Positions 29,672 to 44,799 of a stretch of 64,000 bases of DNA are shown here, piece after piece. Every line of letters begins with the position of its first letter. The stretch's first letter is position 1. The translations under genes and the position numbers were made by a program. The stretch comes from the human T2T-CHM13v2.0 reference genome, Homo sapiens. The stretch is from contig CP068257.2 in assembly GCA_009914755.4 (NCBI GenBank), positions 40,032,001 to 40,096,000 of the forward strand. The letters are read 5' to 3'. The notes beneath the pieces were generated by a model, which ran no database searches, was not told the origin of the DNA, and was given only the letters and a program-made list of their open reading frames with translations.

Positions 29672-31115
29672 TCTCTCTGTCTCTCTCACACATACACCAC
29701 ACACAGCACTCCCTCACACACACAAACCACACACACACCACAAACACCACATATACACCATGCATACATATGCCACACACACACACACCATGCACACATA
29801 TACCACACACAGCACACACACACACAAACCACACACACATCATACACACATATACTACACACACCATATGCAAACTACACACACACACCACATAGACACC
29901 ACACACACACACCACATAGACACCACACACACATCACATAGACACCACACACAATGACCACAAACACAAACCACACACAAACACACCACACAGAACACAC
30001 AGACACAACACACACACCACAAACACCACAAATACCACACACACAAACACACCACACAGAACACACAGACACAACACACACACCACAAACACCACACACA
30101 CAAACCACACACAGACACCATACACACACACACACTATGCACACATATACCACACACACACCACACACGCACATACATGCCTCACATACACACCACACAC
30201 CACACCACACATACCACACACAGATACATGCCACACACTACACACACCACACACATACACCACACAGACACACACCACACATATACCACACGCACACCAC
30301 ACGCACACCACAAACACCACACACAAACTACACATACACACATCATATACACACCACATAACACACACACACACACCACATAGACACCACACTCAAACCA
30401 CACACACAAATGACACACAGACGCCACACATACCACATAAACACCATACACACACAAACCACACTCACACACATCATACACACACGACATAACACACACA
30501 CCACATACCACATAGACGCCACACACACATACCACATAGACACCACATACAACCCCCCCACACAAACCACAAAACACATGCCACACATACCACATAGATA
30601 CAACACACATACCACAAACACCACAAACACCACACACAGAGAAACACACAAACACACCACATACCACACAGATACCACTCACACACCACAGATACCACGC
30701 ACCACACAAACCACACACACACCCCCACACAGACAACATACACACACATTATGCACACATATACCACACACACACCACAGCACACACACACACATACACA
30801 CCTCACACACACCACACACCACACCACACATACCACACAGAGATACATACCACACACTACAAACACCACACACACACCACACATGGACACACACAGACAT
30901 ACACACACATGCACACACACCACAGACACCACATATACCATACACAACACACATGCACCACACATACCACATACACACCACACACAAAAAACACATACTC
31001 CACACACAGACACCCACCACACATAGACACCACACACATACAGACCACACACACACACAGACCACACACACACCACACACAGACATAAGATGACACTTAG
31101 ACACACACACTCACT
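29672..31115. repeat. CA-rich compound minisatellite, about 1.4 kb (degenerate units such as caccacatagacaccacacacaca)
   Basis: Continuous low-complexity CA/CACC/CAGA tract; about 20 overlapping C/V/H/T-rich ORFs on both strands are artefacts of it. Confidence 0.9.
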
Positions 31116-33792
31116 TGTACAAACAGAAGTGGGCGTCCACAGTGTGGGGCTGTATTTTCTTTTCCTTTCTAGGAAGGGGATGCGGCTAATTTGTGTGTGT
31201 CTTCCCAGCGGCCTGCAGGCACCCCACCCGTTACCCCCACCGCCCCCCACCCCCTGCTGTCCTCCCCAGGGCCGGGGCCACCACAGGAAGCCAGCCCATG
31301 CGGAAGCCATGGAGAGCAGGAGCGGTGGGGCACCGGGCAGCGAACAGACGGGATCAAGAGGCTGAGCGTGTGACCCCAGGGAAGACAGTTCACATCAGCT
31401 GTGCCTCAGTCTCCCAGGCACCGAAGTGATGGTCAGGCCTGACTGCGGCTGGTGATGCCACCCCCGTGCTGAGGGGCAGAGCCCCTGGGGCAGGCCCACT
31501 GCAGGTCCACAGCGAGACGGGGAGATGCGCCCGGCCAGCCTGTGGGGACAGAAGCAAGAGCGGGAGGACAGCAGGGCCGGCGGTTCATGGCCATAGACGG
31601 GACAAAACAGCCTCAAACAAAATGGGTGTGGCTGACAGAGATACTGGACACAGGAGTCCTCGAGTCCAGAGCCTACACCTGCCAAATGCCCAGCTCACTG
31701 GGCACCACAGACATGATGAGGACACCACTTCTCATGCTAAAAATCAGCAATGGAAGGAAGTCATGAAACCGTCTTCTGTTCTTCCATAGACAGTCTCTTG
31801 CAGGGTTAAAACATAGCCCAAGTTGCTGTAGGTCAGTTCTTCCTACAGGGAATTCAAGCTGATCAATATGGAAGAAATTACAGAATTAGAAAACCCCATT
31901 TTGCAAAATAATTGAGATGCAATGAGCCTCAGCAGGTGGCATCGTTGGGTGACAGTTGGTGAGAAGGGCAGCTCTCCCTGCTGCCCTGGCACCTGCACTG
32001 CAGGTCTGCCTCTGCCATGGTCTCGCCTGATAAAGTGAACAGGAGGCACAAGTCCCCACTGGAACACTGGCTACCTCTGAAAGAAGGCCAGCAATCAGCC
32101 GTTCCTCCTTTTCCTATCACTAAAGCTTCTCTTCCAAGGACAACACGAGGAGCTCCCTGGAAAAACCAAAGGCACCCAGACACAGTGGCTGGGAGCAGGG
32201 GAGCCCCTTTAGTCTTGGTGGGTTTGGCGGGAGGAGCATTTGACGCTGCCACTTCTTCTGCCCAGTGGGTGAACCAGCGGCTGTGCTGTGGCCTGAGTCC
32301 AGGCCAGAAAGATGTAGAAAGCTATGAGGGCACTAGTTGGCAAGGTCAGTGGGAAGCAGCTGGAAATGACAAGTTGGGCGCTGGGAGATTTGTTCAGAAT
32401 GTGGAGACTGAGCTGTGCCAACAGAGTGCGTGTAGAGAGGTGCCTGACCACGCTGCCGCAACGGGGTCCTTCTGTATTTCATGGTGTGGCTCTAATTCTC
32501 TCAGCATTTAGCAATGCATTTTTATATTCGTAATAAGACCTTTGGGCCACGGTGAGCTAAAAAATAAAATGAAAGTGCATGTGAAATAAGAAGTTAACTT
32601 ATTGGATTTCTGTTCCTCCAGAAAGTTGATTATGATGTCTACTTACACAAAATGTTTGTGAACATTTACCATTTGCGGTAAATGCAGTGACATCACCAAG
32701 CACATGAAAAGCAGAAGAAACAGCAGCATCAACCTCAAAAGCTGGTAACTCTTTTCAGGCAGCCAAAGACAGTGACTGACGCCTGCAGCCGTGTCACTCG
32801 GGGACTTTTCTTGTAGATCAAATGTCAGTGCTCATTAATTTCCTTCTTTGTCAACTTTGAGTTTTCTTATGAATTTACTCGATGACGTGATAGCTGTTAT
32901 TGTGTTACCTCCATGAGCCCAATTTCACAAGACAGTTAAGTGATATGGATGTAATATGTGTATTATCAGATGCTTCCAACAGAAAAGCTCATTCAGTTAA
33001 TTTGAATAATGACTTAATTTTTATTCAAATCATTAAATAAATGTAAAGCTTTTATTAAAAACAATTATTATTGTTTTAATTATTAGCAATTATTAAAAGC
33101 AAGTTTGCAAACAGAAAGACTATTTAAATTTCTTACCACAAAAGAAAGAGAGAAACTGAATAAAACGCATAATGTCTACCCAAATAGTGTATGAGAATAA
33201 CTTTGGAATTCTAAAATTGCTTCTTGGAGCATCTCAATTTATGAAACAGATTTTTGCTAGAGCTCATATTTTAATAGTATGTATGTTTATTATATATGAG
33301 AATGGAATGAAATTGAAAAGGCCTGTGATTTTTAGCACATAAATTTGATAAAACATTCAAAGGAATTATACATGAAAAAAGCCTATTTGACTCATTTTGC
33401 CCTATAAAGACATTTATGAAAGACTTTGGATTGAACTCAGAACACAGGACCTGTGACAATATCTGGGTGAAATATTGACCTTTTCATTAGAAAATACTGA
33501 GACTGTCTTCCCCTGAGCAGAGTCAGCTCAGATCTTACCTCTACAGCTGCTCATTCATCTGACAACCTCAGGGTCTACAGAGAAGATTCCACTTAGCTGG
33601 TCGGCAAACTCAAATTCATTAGCCACAAAAATGTCTTCTTGGAGAGGATTCCAGGCAATTTTATGAAAGATTAAAATAAGGCAATTCTGAAAATAGCACA
33701 TTCTTCTGAAAAATGCCACTAATGGCAATAGAAACAAATAAGGCTTAAAAACTGATTGAAGAATGTGAATAGGTATCAAGAAAAATTATTCA

Positions 33793-34092
33793 GGCCGGGC
33801 ACGATGGCTCACGCCTGTAATTCCAGGACTTTAGGAGGCCAAGGTGGGAGATCTCTTGAACCCAGGAGTTTGAGACCAGCCTGGGCCACATAGGGAGACA
33901 CTATCTCTATAAAAATAAAAATGAAAAAATTAGCTGGGCATAGTGGTGCATGCCTGTGGTCCCAGCTACTCGGGAGGCTGAGATGACAGAATTGCTTGAG
34001 CCTGAGAAGTCAAGGCTGCAGGGAGCTGAGATCACGCCCCTGCACTCTAGCCTGGGCGACAGAGCTGGACTATGTCTCAAAAAAAAAAAATA
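33793..34092 (+). mobile_element. Alu (paralogous copy of the 1395-1700 Alu, same flanks in inverted orientation)
   Basis: ggccgggcacgatggctcacgcctgtaattccaggact...; flanks ...aaaaattattcag / taataataattatgcttgtaattg mirror the arm A flanks. Confidence 0.9.
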
Positions 34093-34868
34093 ATAATAAT
34101 TATGCTTGTAATTGCTTTTTAATATCCAGATAATCAATACAACAAAGAAGGCATTTGTTTTTTGCTTTAATGTAAACATATGTTATTTTTTACTTTTTGA
34201 AAGAGCATTTAATTTTTTCTCTCCAATTACAATTTTCACTTTACTAGAAACAAAAATTACACACCCCTAGAGTATTTTCCCCTTGTCCTTATATACCAAG
34301 ATATTTCAGTGGAAATTTATTTTTCTTCAGCTTCATTGAGTTATAATTTATATCCAACAAAATCCACCTATTTTAATTTAGCAATTGGTAGCTGTAGTGT
34401 AACCATCACCACAATCAAGAAATAGAACATTTTCATCACTCTAAAAAGTTTTCTTTTGACCCTCCCCTGAGCCCTGACCCCAATTACTAATAATCTCGAA
34501 AGCATCGAAAGCATCTTTTAAACAACGTAATTGAGGTATAATTGCCATATAATAAACTATACATGTTTAAAGTGTGCAACTCACATGTGTTGACACATGT
34601 GCAAGTCTTGAACATGTGCTCAAGATGTTCAGCATCAACAACAAGATAGTCAGCATATGCCTCCTTCCATTGTGTGGTTATACTGCAGTTCCTTTATCCA
34701 TCTCACCCATTGATGGACATTTGGGTTTTTTCTATTTGTAGCTATTACAAATAAAGCTGCTATGACTTTTGCTTATTTATGCAAAAGTCTTCACTTGGGC
34801 ACAGACTTTTCTCTTGGATAAATACCTCGGAGCAGAACAATGGGGTCATGTGGTAGCTGTGTGTTTAA

Positions 34869-35048
<180 letters not shown>

Positions 35049-35206
35049 TAAAGCGGTTGTACCATTTTACATTCCTAACCACAGGGTGTGAGAGTTCTGG
35101 TCTCTACACATCCTCGCCAACACTTGGTGTGGGAGCTCTTCTTGCAGTTATTCTAAGCTGCTTGTAGTAATAGCCACTGTAGTCTTAATTTGTGTTTCCT
35201 TAATGA

Positions 35207-35599
<393 letters not shown>

Positions 35600-35844
35600 T
35601 AAAAAATTAGGTTCTTTGTTTTCTTACTGTTGAGTTTCAAGCAATCTTTATCTATATGGCTACAAGTCATTTATCAGATGGGTGATTTGCAAGTATTTTC
35701 TCCTGTGGTTTGTCTTTTCATTCATTTATCAATGTCTTTCAAAAGCAGAAGAACCTCTTCACTTTGACAAAGTCCAATTTATGGTTTTAGTTTTTGTTTT
35801 TAAACATCGAATACTTTTGATGTTGTCTCTAAGAAATCTTTGCT

Positions 35845-36000
35845 GGCCGGGTACCATGGCTCACGTCTAGAATCCCAACACTTTGGGAGGCCGAGGCAGG
35901 AGGATGGCTTGAGCCCAAGAATACCAGCCTGGGCAAAAGGGCGAAACCCCATCTCTACAAAAAATACAAAAGAAATTAGCTCGGTGTGGTGGCAAGACCA
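35845..36000 (+). mobile_element. Partial Alu (left-monomer-like)
   Basis: ggccgggtaccatggctcacgtctagaatcccaacactttgggaggccgaggcaggaggatggcttgagcc... Confidence 0.7.
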
Positions 36001-37039
36001 TGAGGGAGGGGCCGTAGGGAGACGCAGGGGCATAATGGCAAGTGGTTAATTCTAGCAGCCTAAGAGGTAAAGTAAACAGGAAACCGTTGAGGTGGTGTTC
36101 AGGGCCACAGGAGAGACTGGAACACTGGCCAAATGCTTGGCTCTGTTAGAGTGAGCAGAATAAAAGCAGGCCGGAAAAAGCAAGTCAGAACTTTGGCGAT
36201 TTCTGTCACTATCAGGAGGCACTGGACTGCAAGTCACAGAATAAACTCATCCACCGTGACTTAAACACGTAGGGACTGTCCTTCTCCCATCACAAGAAGA
36301 CTAGAGCCATGTCTCTGCTGGGGGCTTCTGAGGTTCACGTTGTCAGAGCCAGGATGTCAGCAGTTCTTGGATCTTTTGTCAAGGCCATCTCTGAGTCACC
36401 TCTGTCTGCAGGGGACTGTGGGATGGTGAGTGTTTAGCTCTCCATCCTCTGGATGGAAGCAGGCAGGGGAGAAGAAGGTTGGGGAGGGTGCTGGGTTAGC
36501 CACCCATGTCCACCCTGAGCATGCTGGGGGCCAGGCACGCAGCTTCTGCAAGACAAGCGTGGTCCCGAGCCCACCTGGAAATCTGGGAGCTGGCAAGTGT
36601 TCCCTGAATTCCTGCCTCCCTGCTTCTCCATCGGCAGCATTGCTCACCGCATTCTTGTTGTAACCTGTCTCGGCTGTGAGCTCTGGGCGTTTGCTTCCTT
36701 CCTGGGTAGCTGCCAGTCTGAATTATTTATGAACCTAAGGTACACACTGATGGCATTCCAACAAAGGCCACCAAAGGGAGCAGCCTGTCTGTAACCCTGA
36801 AGCTTAGCACACAGCGAAAAGGACTCAGATAAAACTGTAAGCTTCCTCTGCAGGGAAGAGGAAGGACTGGACTTCTCCAGGGCAGGCGGAGGCACCAGAA
36901 GCAAACCTGTTCCTGCTTCCCTCCGTTTTCCAGGTGCCTTAGGGTGACTGCGGTAACTGGGAGCTGAGCACTGATGGGCAATGGGGCAAGAACTGGGCCA
37001 TGTGCCTCGGGGTCCCAGCACACAGGCCAGCCCCTGAGG

Positions 37040-37200
37040 GTAGGAACGAGAGCCCAGACTCTGGAGGCAGGCAGACCAGGGTTTATGCCCTGGCAATTCC
37101 TGATGGGGCCGAGGATCTTCACCTCTTTGTGCTTCAGTTTCTCTATCTGGCCAGTGGGGTTGCTGTGAGGATTAAATGCAGCCGTCCCTGTGTGGTAGAT
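37040..37200 (+). mobile_element. MIR fragment
   Basis: ...cttcacctctttgtgcttcagtttctctatctggccagtggggttgctgtgaggattaaatgcag (MIR core-like). Confidence 0.55.
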
Positions 37201-37904
37201 TGTTTGCAACAACAACAAAAAAATGGCCACAATTGTTCCACTCCCTGAGTTCACACCCCCTTGCAATGTGACTTAACAGCAACTCTCACGGAGAGGCGGA
37301 GTCTCTTCCACACCCTGGAATCTGGGCGGGCCTGTGACTCACGATGGCCAATAGAATGCCCTGCAAGTGACGTCATGCCCTTCCGAGCCTTGCAGCTTCT
37401 GCTGGTGGGAAGGCCGATGGCAGAGCCCAGGGAAGTTATGTAACGGGCCCAGCTAATGAGTGGCAGAGGCCAGAGGGCTTGGCCTGCAGAACTGTCTAAG
37501 GCCAGAGGCCGTCCATACACTCCGTCTCCTGAAGGGGAAGCGGGCTCTTCTCAGATGCACAGGGACAATGTGAAAATCCTGTCCTCAGATTGAGAGGCTG
37601 TTTCGTGGGCACCGAATTCGGGGTCAGGAAAGCAGCCTGCATCCACGAGTATCCTCGGGTTACTAAGTGGGGCCAGTGGCTCCAGGTGTAACCCATTTAA
37701 GTTTGCCAGACAGCCGGGATGTAAGGAATGCCCTAATGATTCCCCTTTCCCCCCCACGGAAAGTGGGCAGTGGGGTCTGGGAAGGGGTTTGGGAAGGGGT
37801 CTGGGGAGTGGGATGAGGTTGGGACTAACTCTTGTTGGCTTTCCTTACAGAAGGGGTAGCTGGAGTGTTTCAGGTCTATTTGCTTGTTTTGTGTTTTTCA
37901 ATTT

Positions 37905-38290
<386 letters not shown>

Positions 38291-40689
38291 CTTGCTTGTT
38301 TTTAATATATCCTTGCTCCCTGTCTTTCACAAAAGATGCTTTTTGCGGGCAGCTGATGTTCTGTAACTTCTTGTGAGTCTACCGCAAGCATGCCTGTGTA
38401 TGTGGGAGGAGGAGGTGAAAACGGCCCAGCAGCTTCCCCTGTGATCACAGAATGGGCACCAAACTCTCCATCGGGAAAAACAGCCCTGGGGACTCCACCT
38501 TGAGCTTATGCATTGGGGCTTGGGGCCACCAGATAGTTCTATTTTGTTTTTAAAATCAGCCAATGGCCAAAATGCCAAAGCAAAGACAAAAGGTCCCCAA
38601 AGCTGCCATTGCTCATCTCCTATTAGTCTTTAAATCTGGAAAAAAAAAAAAACAAAACAAACAAAAACCACGGGAATAAAGCATACACGGAAGTGTTGGC
38701 AGCTTGCACACTCAGCCATGAGATCCCAACCTGAAACACCCATGTCTGTCCCAACGGATTTAGCCTCCTTTAACCAGGGCCTCCCGGAGATCTAGGTTTG
38801 CAAACTCCTTGGAGCCCTCCTGGCCCTGGATTCAGCAGCCTCTCCATAGTTCTGGCCTCTGGTATTTGGCAAAAAGCCTAAAACAAAACAAACAAACAAA
38901 CAAACCTGCTCTGCAACTGCCCAGAGACAAAAGCTGTTTCGCTGTGAGTCTCAGGCTGCTCTGCGTAGCTCTGAAAGGGCAGGTGACAGTCTTTGTTTTT
39001 AGCATAGTTGCATGTTTCCAGCACAATCTCGTCAATGGCTTATGTGGTAAGTAGGTGCTCAACAAAGGTGTCAGTTAACTGAAGAACCCCCTGGACCAGT
39101 GTGAGAATCTCCAGGAGAGCTCCCTAAGGCACAGATGGCTGAGCCTTGCCCTAGATTCCGTGGGTCTGGAGAAGGGCCCTGGAATGTGCATTTGTCACAA
39201 GTTCCAGGTGATGCTGGTGCCGCTGGCTGGGGACCCCACTTTGCGAACCGCAGGCAGAGTGGATAGAAGCCTGTCTCCAGTGCCAGACGGCCCGGCTCCA
39301 CAGGACAGCTCTGTAGTACTCAACTTCCTCCTGCCTCGATTTCCTCATCAGTAAAATTGAGGGAATTATAATGCACACGCCGCCTGGTAAATGACGCATA
39401 AATGTTATTTAAAACATAAGGAAGCACACAGAAAAGAGAGAACAAAAGTGAAACTCCCCACCGCTCTGTTTCCCTCCTTTCCCTTCCGCCTCCTCGCCCT
39501 GAGCTGGAACGAGGGGGACGTGGAACCCTGGCTCCATGCTAAGACCCCGCTGTGGGCAACCGGCCCTGACCCCCCAAAATAAGCAAATCGCAAGGTCAAA
39601 TTTAGACTCCCAGGCCCCAGGGCTCCAATGGCTCCAATCCCCTGGACTCACAGAACCCGAAGAGCCAGTTCCTCTGGGCACAGAACAACACGCGTTGGGC
39701 ACTGACAGGAAGGGAAAGAAAACAGCCTGCGGAGGTATTTCCAGCGTGCCCAGGGCAGCTGGGAGGAGGCTCCACGGCGCCCGGTTCTTCTGTTGGCAGA
39801 AGGGTCCAGAATCCCACATCTGTACCTTCCCCGCTGTCACGCGCTTATGCCAGGAACAGCCTGAGCAGGGTGGCCCTCCGGGGTTCCTGGGAGGCAGGGC
39901 TAAGGACCCATGGCAGGCCTGGGTGAGCCGCCTGCACGCACTCTGCTCACTCGTGACTCCCCTGCAGAAGCACAGCCTTTCCCGTGCTCCTCAGTTTACC
40001 TCCGTTTGCACTAACACGAGGCGGGGGACAAGAACTTTCCTGTACCTCCTTCGCTGGCTCTCTCTCACACAACCCCCACCAGGGCAGCTGAAGAACTCTC
40101 AGAACATGAATCAGACCCCAGAGCCACCTTCACATGGTTCAGTGCCCACAAGACACCTCGAGGGCTGCTCGTGAATTAGTCGGGGTCCCTCACCTCATCC
40201 CACACCCCTGTTCCCGCCACCTCCCACAGCTGGGGCCCCCAGACATCATCAGCACAGTCACTGCTGCCAGCCTTGACACCTGCTGTTCCCTCATCCGGGA
40301 AAGCCCTTCTGCACCTGGACCCCTGGGGAGCCCCCAGCACCAGACTCTGGGGCACCTGGACCCCTGCAGGGCCCCCAGCGCCAGCCTCTGGGACAGCCTC
40401 TGCCGGTCAGTGGCTTCTCTCTGGTCTCCCGCCATGTGCTGTGTCCGTGGCTGTCTACAGAAGTAGACACAATCTCCGGCCACCTCAGTTTTCTCAGTAC
40501 CCCGATCACAATGTAGAAATGACCTGCTTTGTGTCTGGCCCTCACCAGACTCCGAGCCCCTCGGAGCAGGGTCAGTGCCTCCACGGTGAGCCTTCTATTC
40601 CCCGCTCTGGCAGGCCCAGAAACTCCAGCCTCATGCAATTTGAGCACCTCACCGACGCAGCGCTCCAGGGCACGGGCTCTGGGCCCCAA

Positions 40690-40820
40690 CTACCTTGGCC
40701 CAAGCTCCAGCCTCGCCGAGCAGCTGAGGCAAGTCCTTTCACCTCGTGGTGCCTCTGATTCCTTATCTGCAAAATGGGTACAACCTCTGACTCAGAAGGC
40801 TGAGAGGTTTTGTAGGTCTC
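40690..40820 (+). mobile_element. MIR fragment
   Basis: ggcaagtcctttcacctcgtggtgcctctgattccttatctgcaaaatgggtacaacctctgactcagaaggctgagaggttttgtagg. Confidence 0.45.
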
Positions 40821-43049
40821 TCACCCTGCCTGGCACGGGCACACCCATGAGGCTGAGGCACAAACCAGAAAATCTGCTTCTCCTGGGTGAGAAGAATGAA
40901 TGTCAGGCAGCCCAGAGAGTGACCCGCACAGCATCTTGGCCTGCAGACAGGCGGATTATCAGAAGGAAGCAGGGAGGCCGCACTGGGACGGAGAGGCAGG
41001 GGCGCTGGGATGGAGAGGCGGCAGCTGTCAAGGCTCACCGTTCCCGCGCCATCACTTTCTGCTTCTGCTCTGAGATGTTCCGCCTCCCACCGTCTCACTG
41101 GAGGCCTCCAGACCTGCTCTCCTCAGCTGGACCGCTCTTCCCTGAACAGGATTCCCCCCCAGCACACACGCCCAGGCCTGGCACATCCAGGCTTCCCCAG
41201 AGGCAGAGCCAGCCAGCCCATGTACAGGGCCTGACCTCTGCCCAGACATGTGTAGGTTTTGTAGCTTGACTTTCTGAAAGCAATGGTATTCTCCACTTTT
41301 CTTCTCGGTGGCCAGGGGTGGGGTGGGGAGTCCCCTCACTGTCACCATCTCGTCCCCTGTGCTATCTTCAGAAGGCATCCAACACTTGCGAGTGTTTTAA
41401 ATAAAAAACCAGGTCCACCCACTGCAGACAAGCAGTTTAGACAGAGGCTGTCCTCACCCACCTGCTCACCGAGGTATCAGACAATGCCCTGTGGCCCCCA
41501 CAGGGTGCTGACCGTGTTAATTTCATCCATTTTCTTAAGGCTCCAGAAATGGATTTGGGAGCTGAGATCAGTCAAAAGGCATGTATCTAACATACACACA
41601 ACCACACACACACTCATTCATGCATACACAGACACACACATAGGTACACACGTGCACACACACACGCACACACGTCACAGACCCAAACAATAAAGACACA
41701 GATTTGTTTGGTTTCTTACATCATTTTTGCTTCAGGTTTTCACACAATAAAGGCTATGTTAAGCTGAAAAAAATAAGATTAAAGGTAACCTACTGGTCTT
41801 TACGTGTGTGTGTGTTCATAAACACAAGTGCATGTGTGAGCACCTCTACTCAGAAACCCACTGAAAATAAAGAAAATAATGATAGAAGAAATCAATGACT
41901 CTCTAGCTGTAGCTCTGAGGGCAGTTCAGAAAAATGATCTTCACCTGCCGCAGAGTAGAGCTGGAGGCTGCATAGGAGACGTCATTCCCAGCATCCGATT
42001 TCTAAGACATGAGCCCACATAGGACTCCTGTGCACACTTCGGCCTTGTGAGAATCAGCATGAGGGCCTCCCCAGCACAGGTGCTGCTCCCATGGGGAAGA
42101 AGCTTCCTCCCCGAGGCTGAAGAAGGGGCCCACAGCCTCCGGTAGCGGCCAGCTGCAGATGTCTGCAAAAGCAGCGCCCACTTGGGCCTGCCGACCTTGA
42201 AGTCAGACAGGCCAGTGACACTAGTCAGTCATCACTGGCCATATTGACTTGGGCCAGTCTCCAAATTTCCCACAGCTGTAGTTTTCTCACCTTGACAAAG
42301 CTATTTCATCACCTCGCTGCTGTTTTGGAGCTGGGGTGACAGCAGCCGGTTGTTGAAATGGCTGCGCAGATGGAAACCATGTTGGTCAAGCCCTGACTTT
42401 ATAAAAGGTGTTAAACAAGTGTGCAATGAATGGTAGCTATCATTAGTTTGTAACAAGGGGAAATACATCATCCGAGGGAGGCAGGATGTGCTGCGTGGAA
42501 AAGGCACCACCTTCCAGTAGGAAAATGTACCTTGAAAAGGCCCCCTGAGGACAGGGGTGTCCGTAACAAGACGGGCTGGGGTGCTACGGGCAGGGAGAGA
42601 CTAGGTTATTTTTTGTTCTGCAGGAGAGGGGGTTGATATGAGGGGAGGGAGGAGGGAGAGAAACGGGAGGAGGGAGAGGAGCCAGGAGAGGTGGGTGGGG
42701 CGGGAGCTGGAGATACGAAATTCCTCCACTGTGAGTAACCAGAGGACCCAGCAAACACGACCTCGACCAGGCAGTGGGTGTGAGAGTTTTCTTTTAACAC
42801 AGACGAGTACAAACAAGGAAACACAAAATCTCTCCCCGTGGATAACTCCTGGAGACATTGCGAAAAACAAAGACCTGTACTGGAAGAAAATCCAAACAGT
42901 ACAGGAAGGTACAAAATGAAAACAGAGCCTCTCCCAGCCCCACCTCCACAAAATGTTTTCCCAAATATCTTCTGTTCCCGAGATGGCCCCGGGGCAGGGA
43001 GAACGGACCTGACTTCCTGCCCCTGGGACTGCAGGAGCGGCTGCAGCTG

Positions 43050-43540
43050 CTGAATCCATGGCTATGGATTTAGTGGCTTAAAACCACAGAAATGTATTAT
43101 CTTATAGTCCTAGAGCCCAGAATTCTGAAATGAGTCTTAGGTGTGAAACGTGAAAACCGAGTTGTAGGCAGCACCCTCGGAGGCTCTGGGAGGATCCTAC
43201 CTGCCTCTCCCAGCTTGCGGCAGCTGCGGGGGTCCCTGGGCCTGTGGCTGCATCGCTCCCATCTCTGCCTCGTGGTCGCACGGCCTCCTCCTCGTTTGTA
43301 TTCAAACCTCCCTCCATCTCCCTCTTGTAAGGACCCTTGTGATGGCATTTAGGGACCGCCAGATCATAGACGGTCATCTCCCCCTTCTCCCCCTTGCAAC
43401 ATCCTTCCTTACATCTGCAAAGTCCTTTTCACCAGGTAAGGTCACATTCACCGGTCCTGGGGTTAGGATGAGGCTCTCTTTGGAGGCCATTATTCAGCCA
43501 ACCACAGGGACTTGAGCCTGAGTCTGGCTGGAGGAGCTGG
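43050..43540 (-). mobile_element. ERVL-MaLR LTR (older MLT1-type)
   Basis: ggcttaaaaccacagaaatgtattatcttatagtcctagagcccagaattctgaaatgagtc...ctcttgtaaggacccttgtgatggcatttagggaccgccagatcatagacggtcatctcc...ggtaaggtcacattcaccggtcctggggttaggatgagg. Confidence 0.5.
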
Positions 43541-44799
43541 TTAAGGGGGCCCACACCCAGCTCTGCCTTCAGTTCTGACCTGCTTTCTTCTTAGGGAGCC
43601 CTTGTCTTGTACACGATCCAGCATCTGACCCCACCTTGTCCCCAGCGCCTGTCACCCTGCTGGGAACCCCTGTTTTTCCAGACCTGGAACTTCTGTTTCT
43701 CCAATACTCGTTGCACACTCCAGACCTCTCTAGGAATTGGAAGCTGCTCCTGAGCCCCAGGCCCGTGGTGTTCCCCCATATCTAGCCCACCTCCCAAATG
43801 ACAACTCCCTGCCACCCTTGCAGGGACCCCTCCCCAGCCTCCTCCTGCCTCCTAGCTGGGCCTGCCTCCTGCTGTGCTGAGCAGCCAGGACATCCCCTGA
43901 CACCACTCCTGGACCCCACCTTGCCAACCACAGGCTGCTCCTGGGTCTTCCTGTCTCCTGCATCTGGGAACACCCCCACCCACACCTGGCTTCGGTGGAA
44001 CAGTCCTGGCGGTGCTGCTGCTGGGAGAGGGAGGGGAGGCAGCGATGGAGACAAAGGGAAACTCAAGGGCAGCTCACAGGCCAGGAAGATTCAGGGACTC
44101 AGAGGTGGGGGGCCTGAACTGGTGCCCCTGGCCTCCTACCCCACTATCCTCCTGTCAACAGGGTACGAGCCTCTCCCTGCTCAAGACAGGTGACCTCCAC
44201 AGTGAGGTGTCCATGCCTATGGTCATGGTCACCAGCTGACACCCTCAGAAAGTCACCCTCAGGGTGCAGAGCACGGGGCCTGGGGTAACTGCCTGGCTCC
44301 GCTCCCTGGTCTGGAATCAGCAGTGTGGGGCAGGTGGGCAGTGGGGTATGGACTTGAAACTGCTTTCCCAGTGCAGAGCTGCTTTCAAGGCCCTCACTCT
44401 TAGCTTGAACAGCAACCATGACTGTTTCCCAAAAGGGAAGGAAAAATGTCTTTGCTGCTATCAATAGCCAAATGGATCACGAATCCCTGGGTCCTGGTGT
44501 TTGCACATCATGTCATCTCAAGGACCAAGCCACGTGGCCATTCTTGGGATAACATTGGGTTTTTTCTACTCCAAAGGGGTAGATCCGTTTGTTATACTTT
44601 GCATTTTGTAGCTTACTGAATGCTTGCTACAGGCAAGCCCTCGGGTAGTGCAGGAGGGGCTGGGAACTCCTCAAGGGCAGGGAGCAGGGCTTTTTGCTCT
44701 AATTGCCTAGTGTCTAACACACTGTCTGATAAATGGTGAATGGAAAAAGGGAGGAAGGAAGGAAAACAGCACTCTAAGTTTCAAGGAACTTAAAACCTC

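Noticed and set aside
29583-31310. Cluster of about 20 overlapping ORFs up to 278 aa on both strands
   Set aside because: All lie within the CA-rich minisatellite. The Cys/Val/His/Thr-rich periodic peptides are repeat artefacts.
40529-41269. 246-aa ORF in a repeat-free GC-rich block (also 39536-40174, 212 aa)
   Set aside because: R/S/P/A-rich composition typical of random GC-rich sequence. It is overlapped by antisense ORFs of similar length, has no start context or domain motif, and MIR and MaLR fragments lie inside it.
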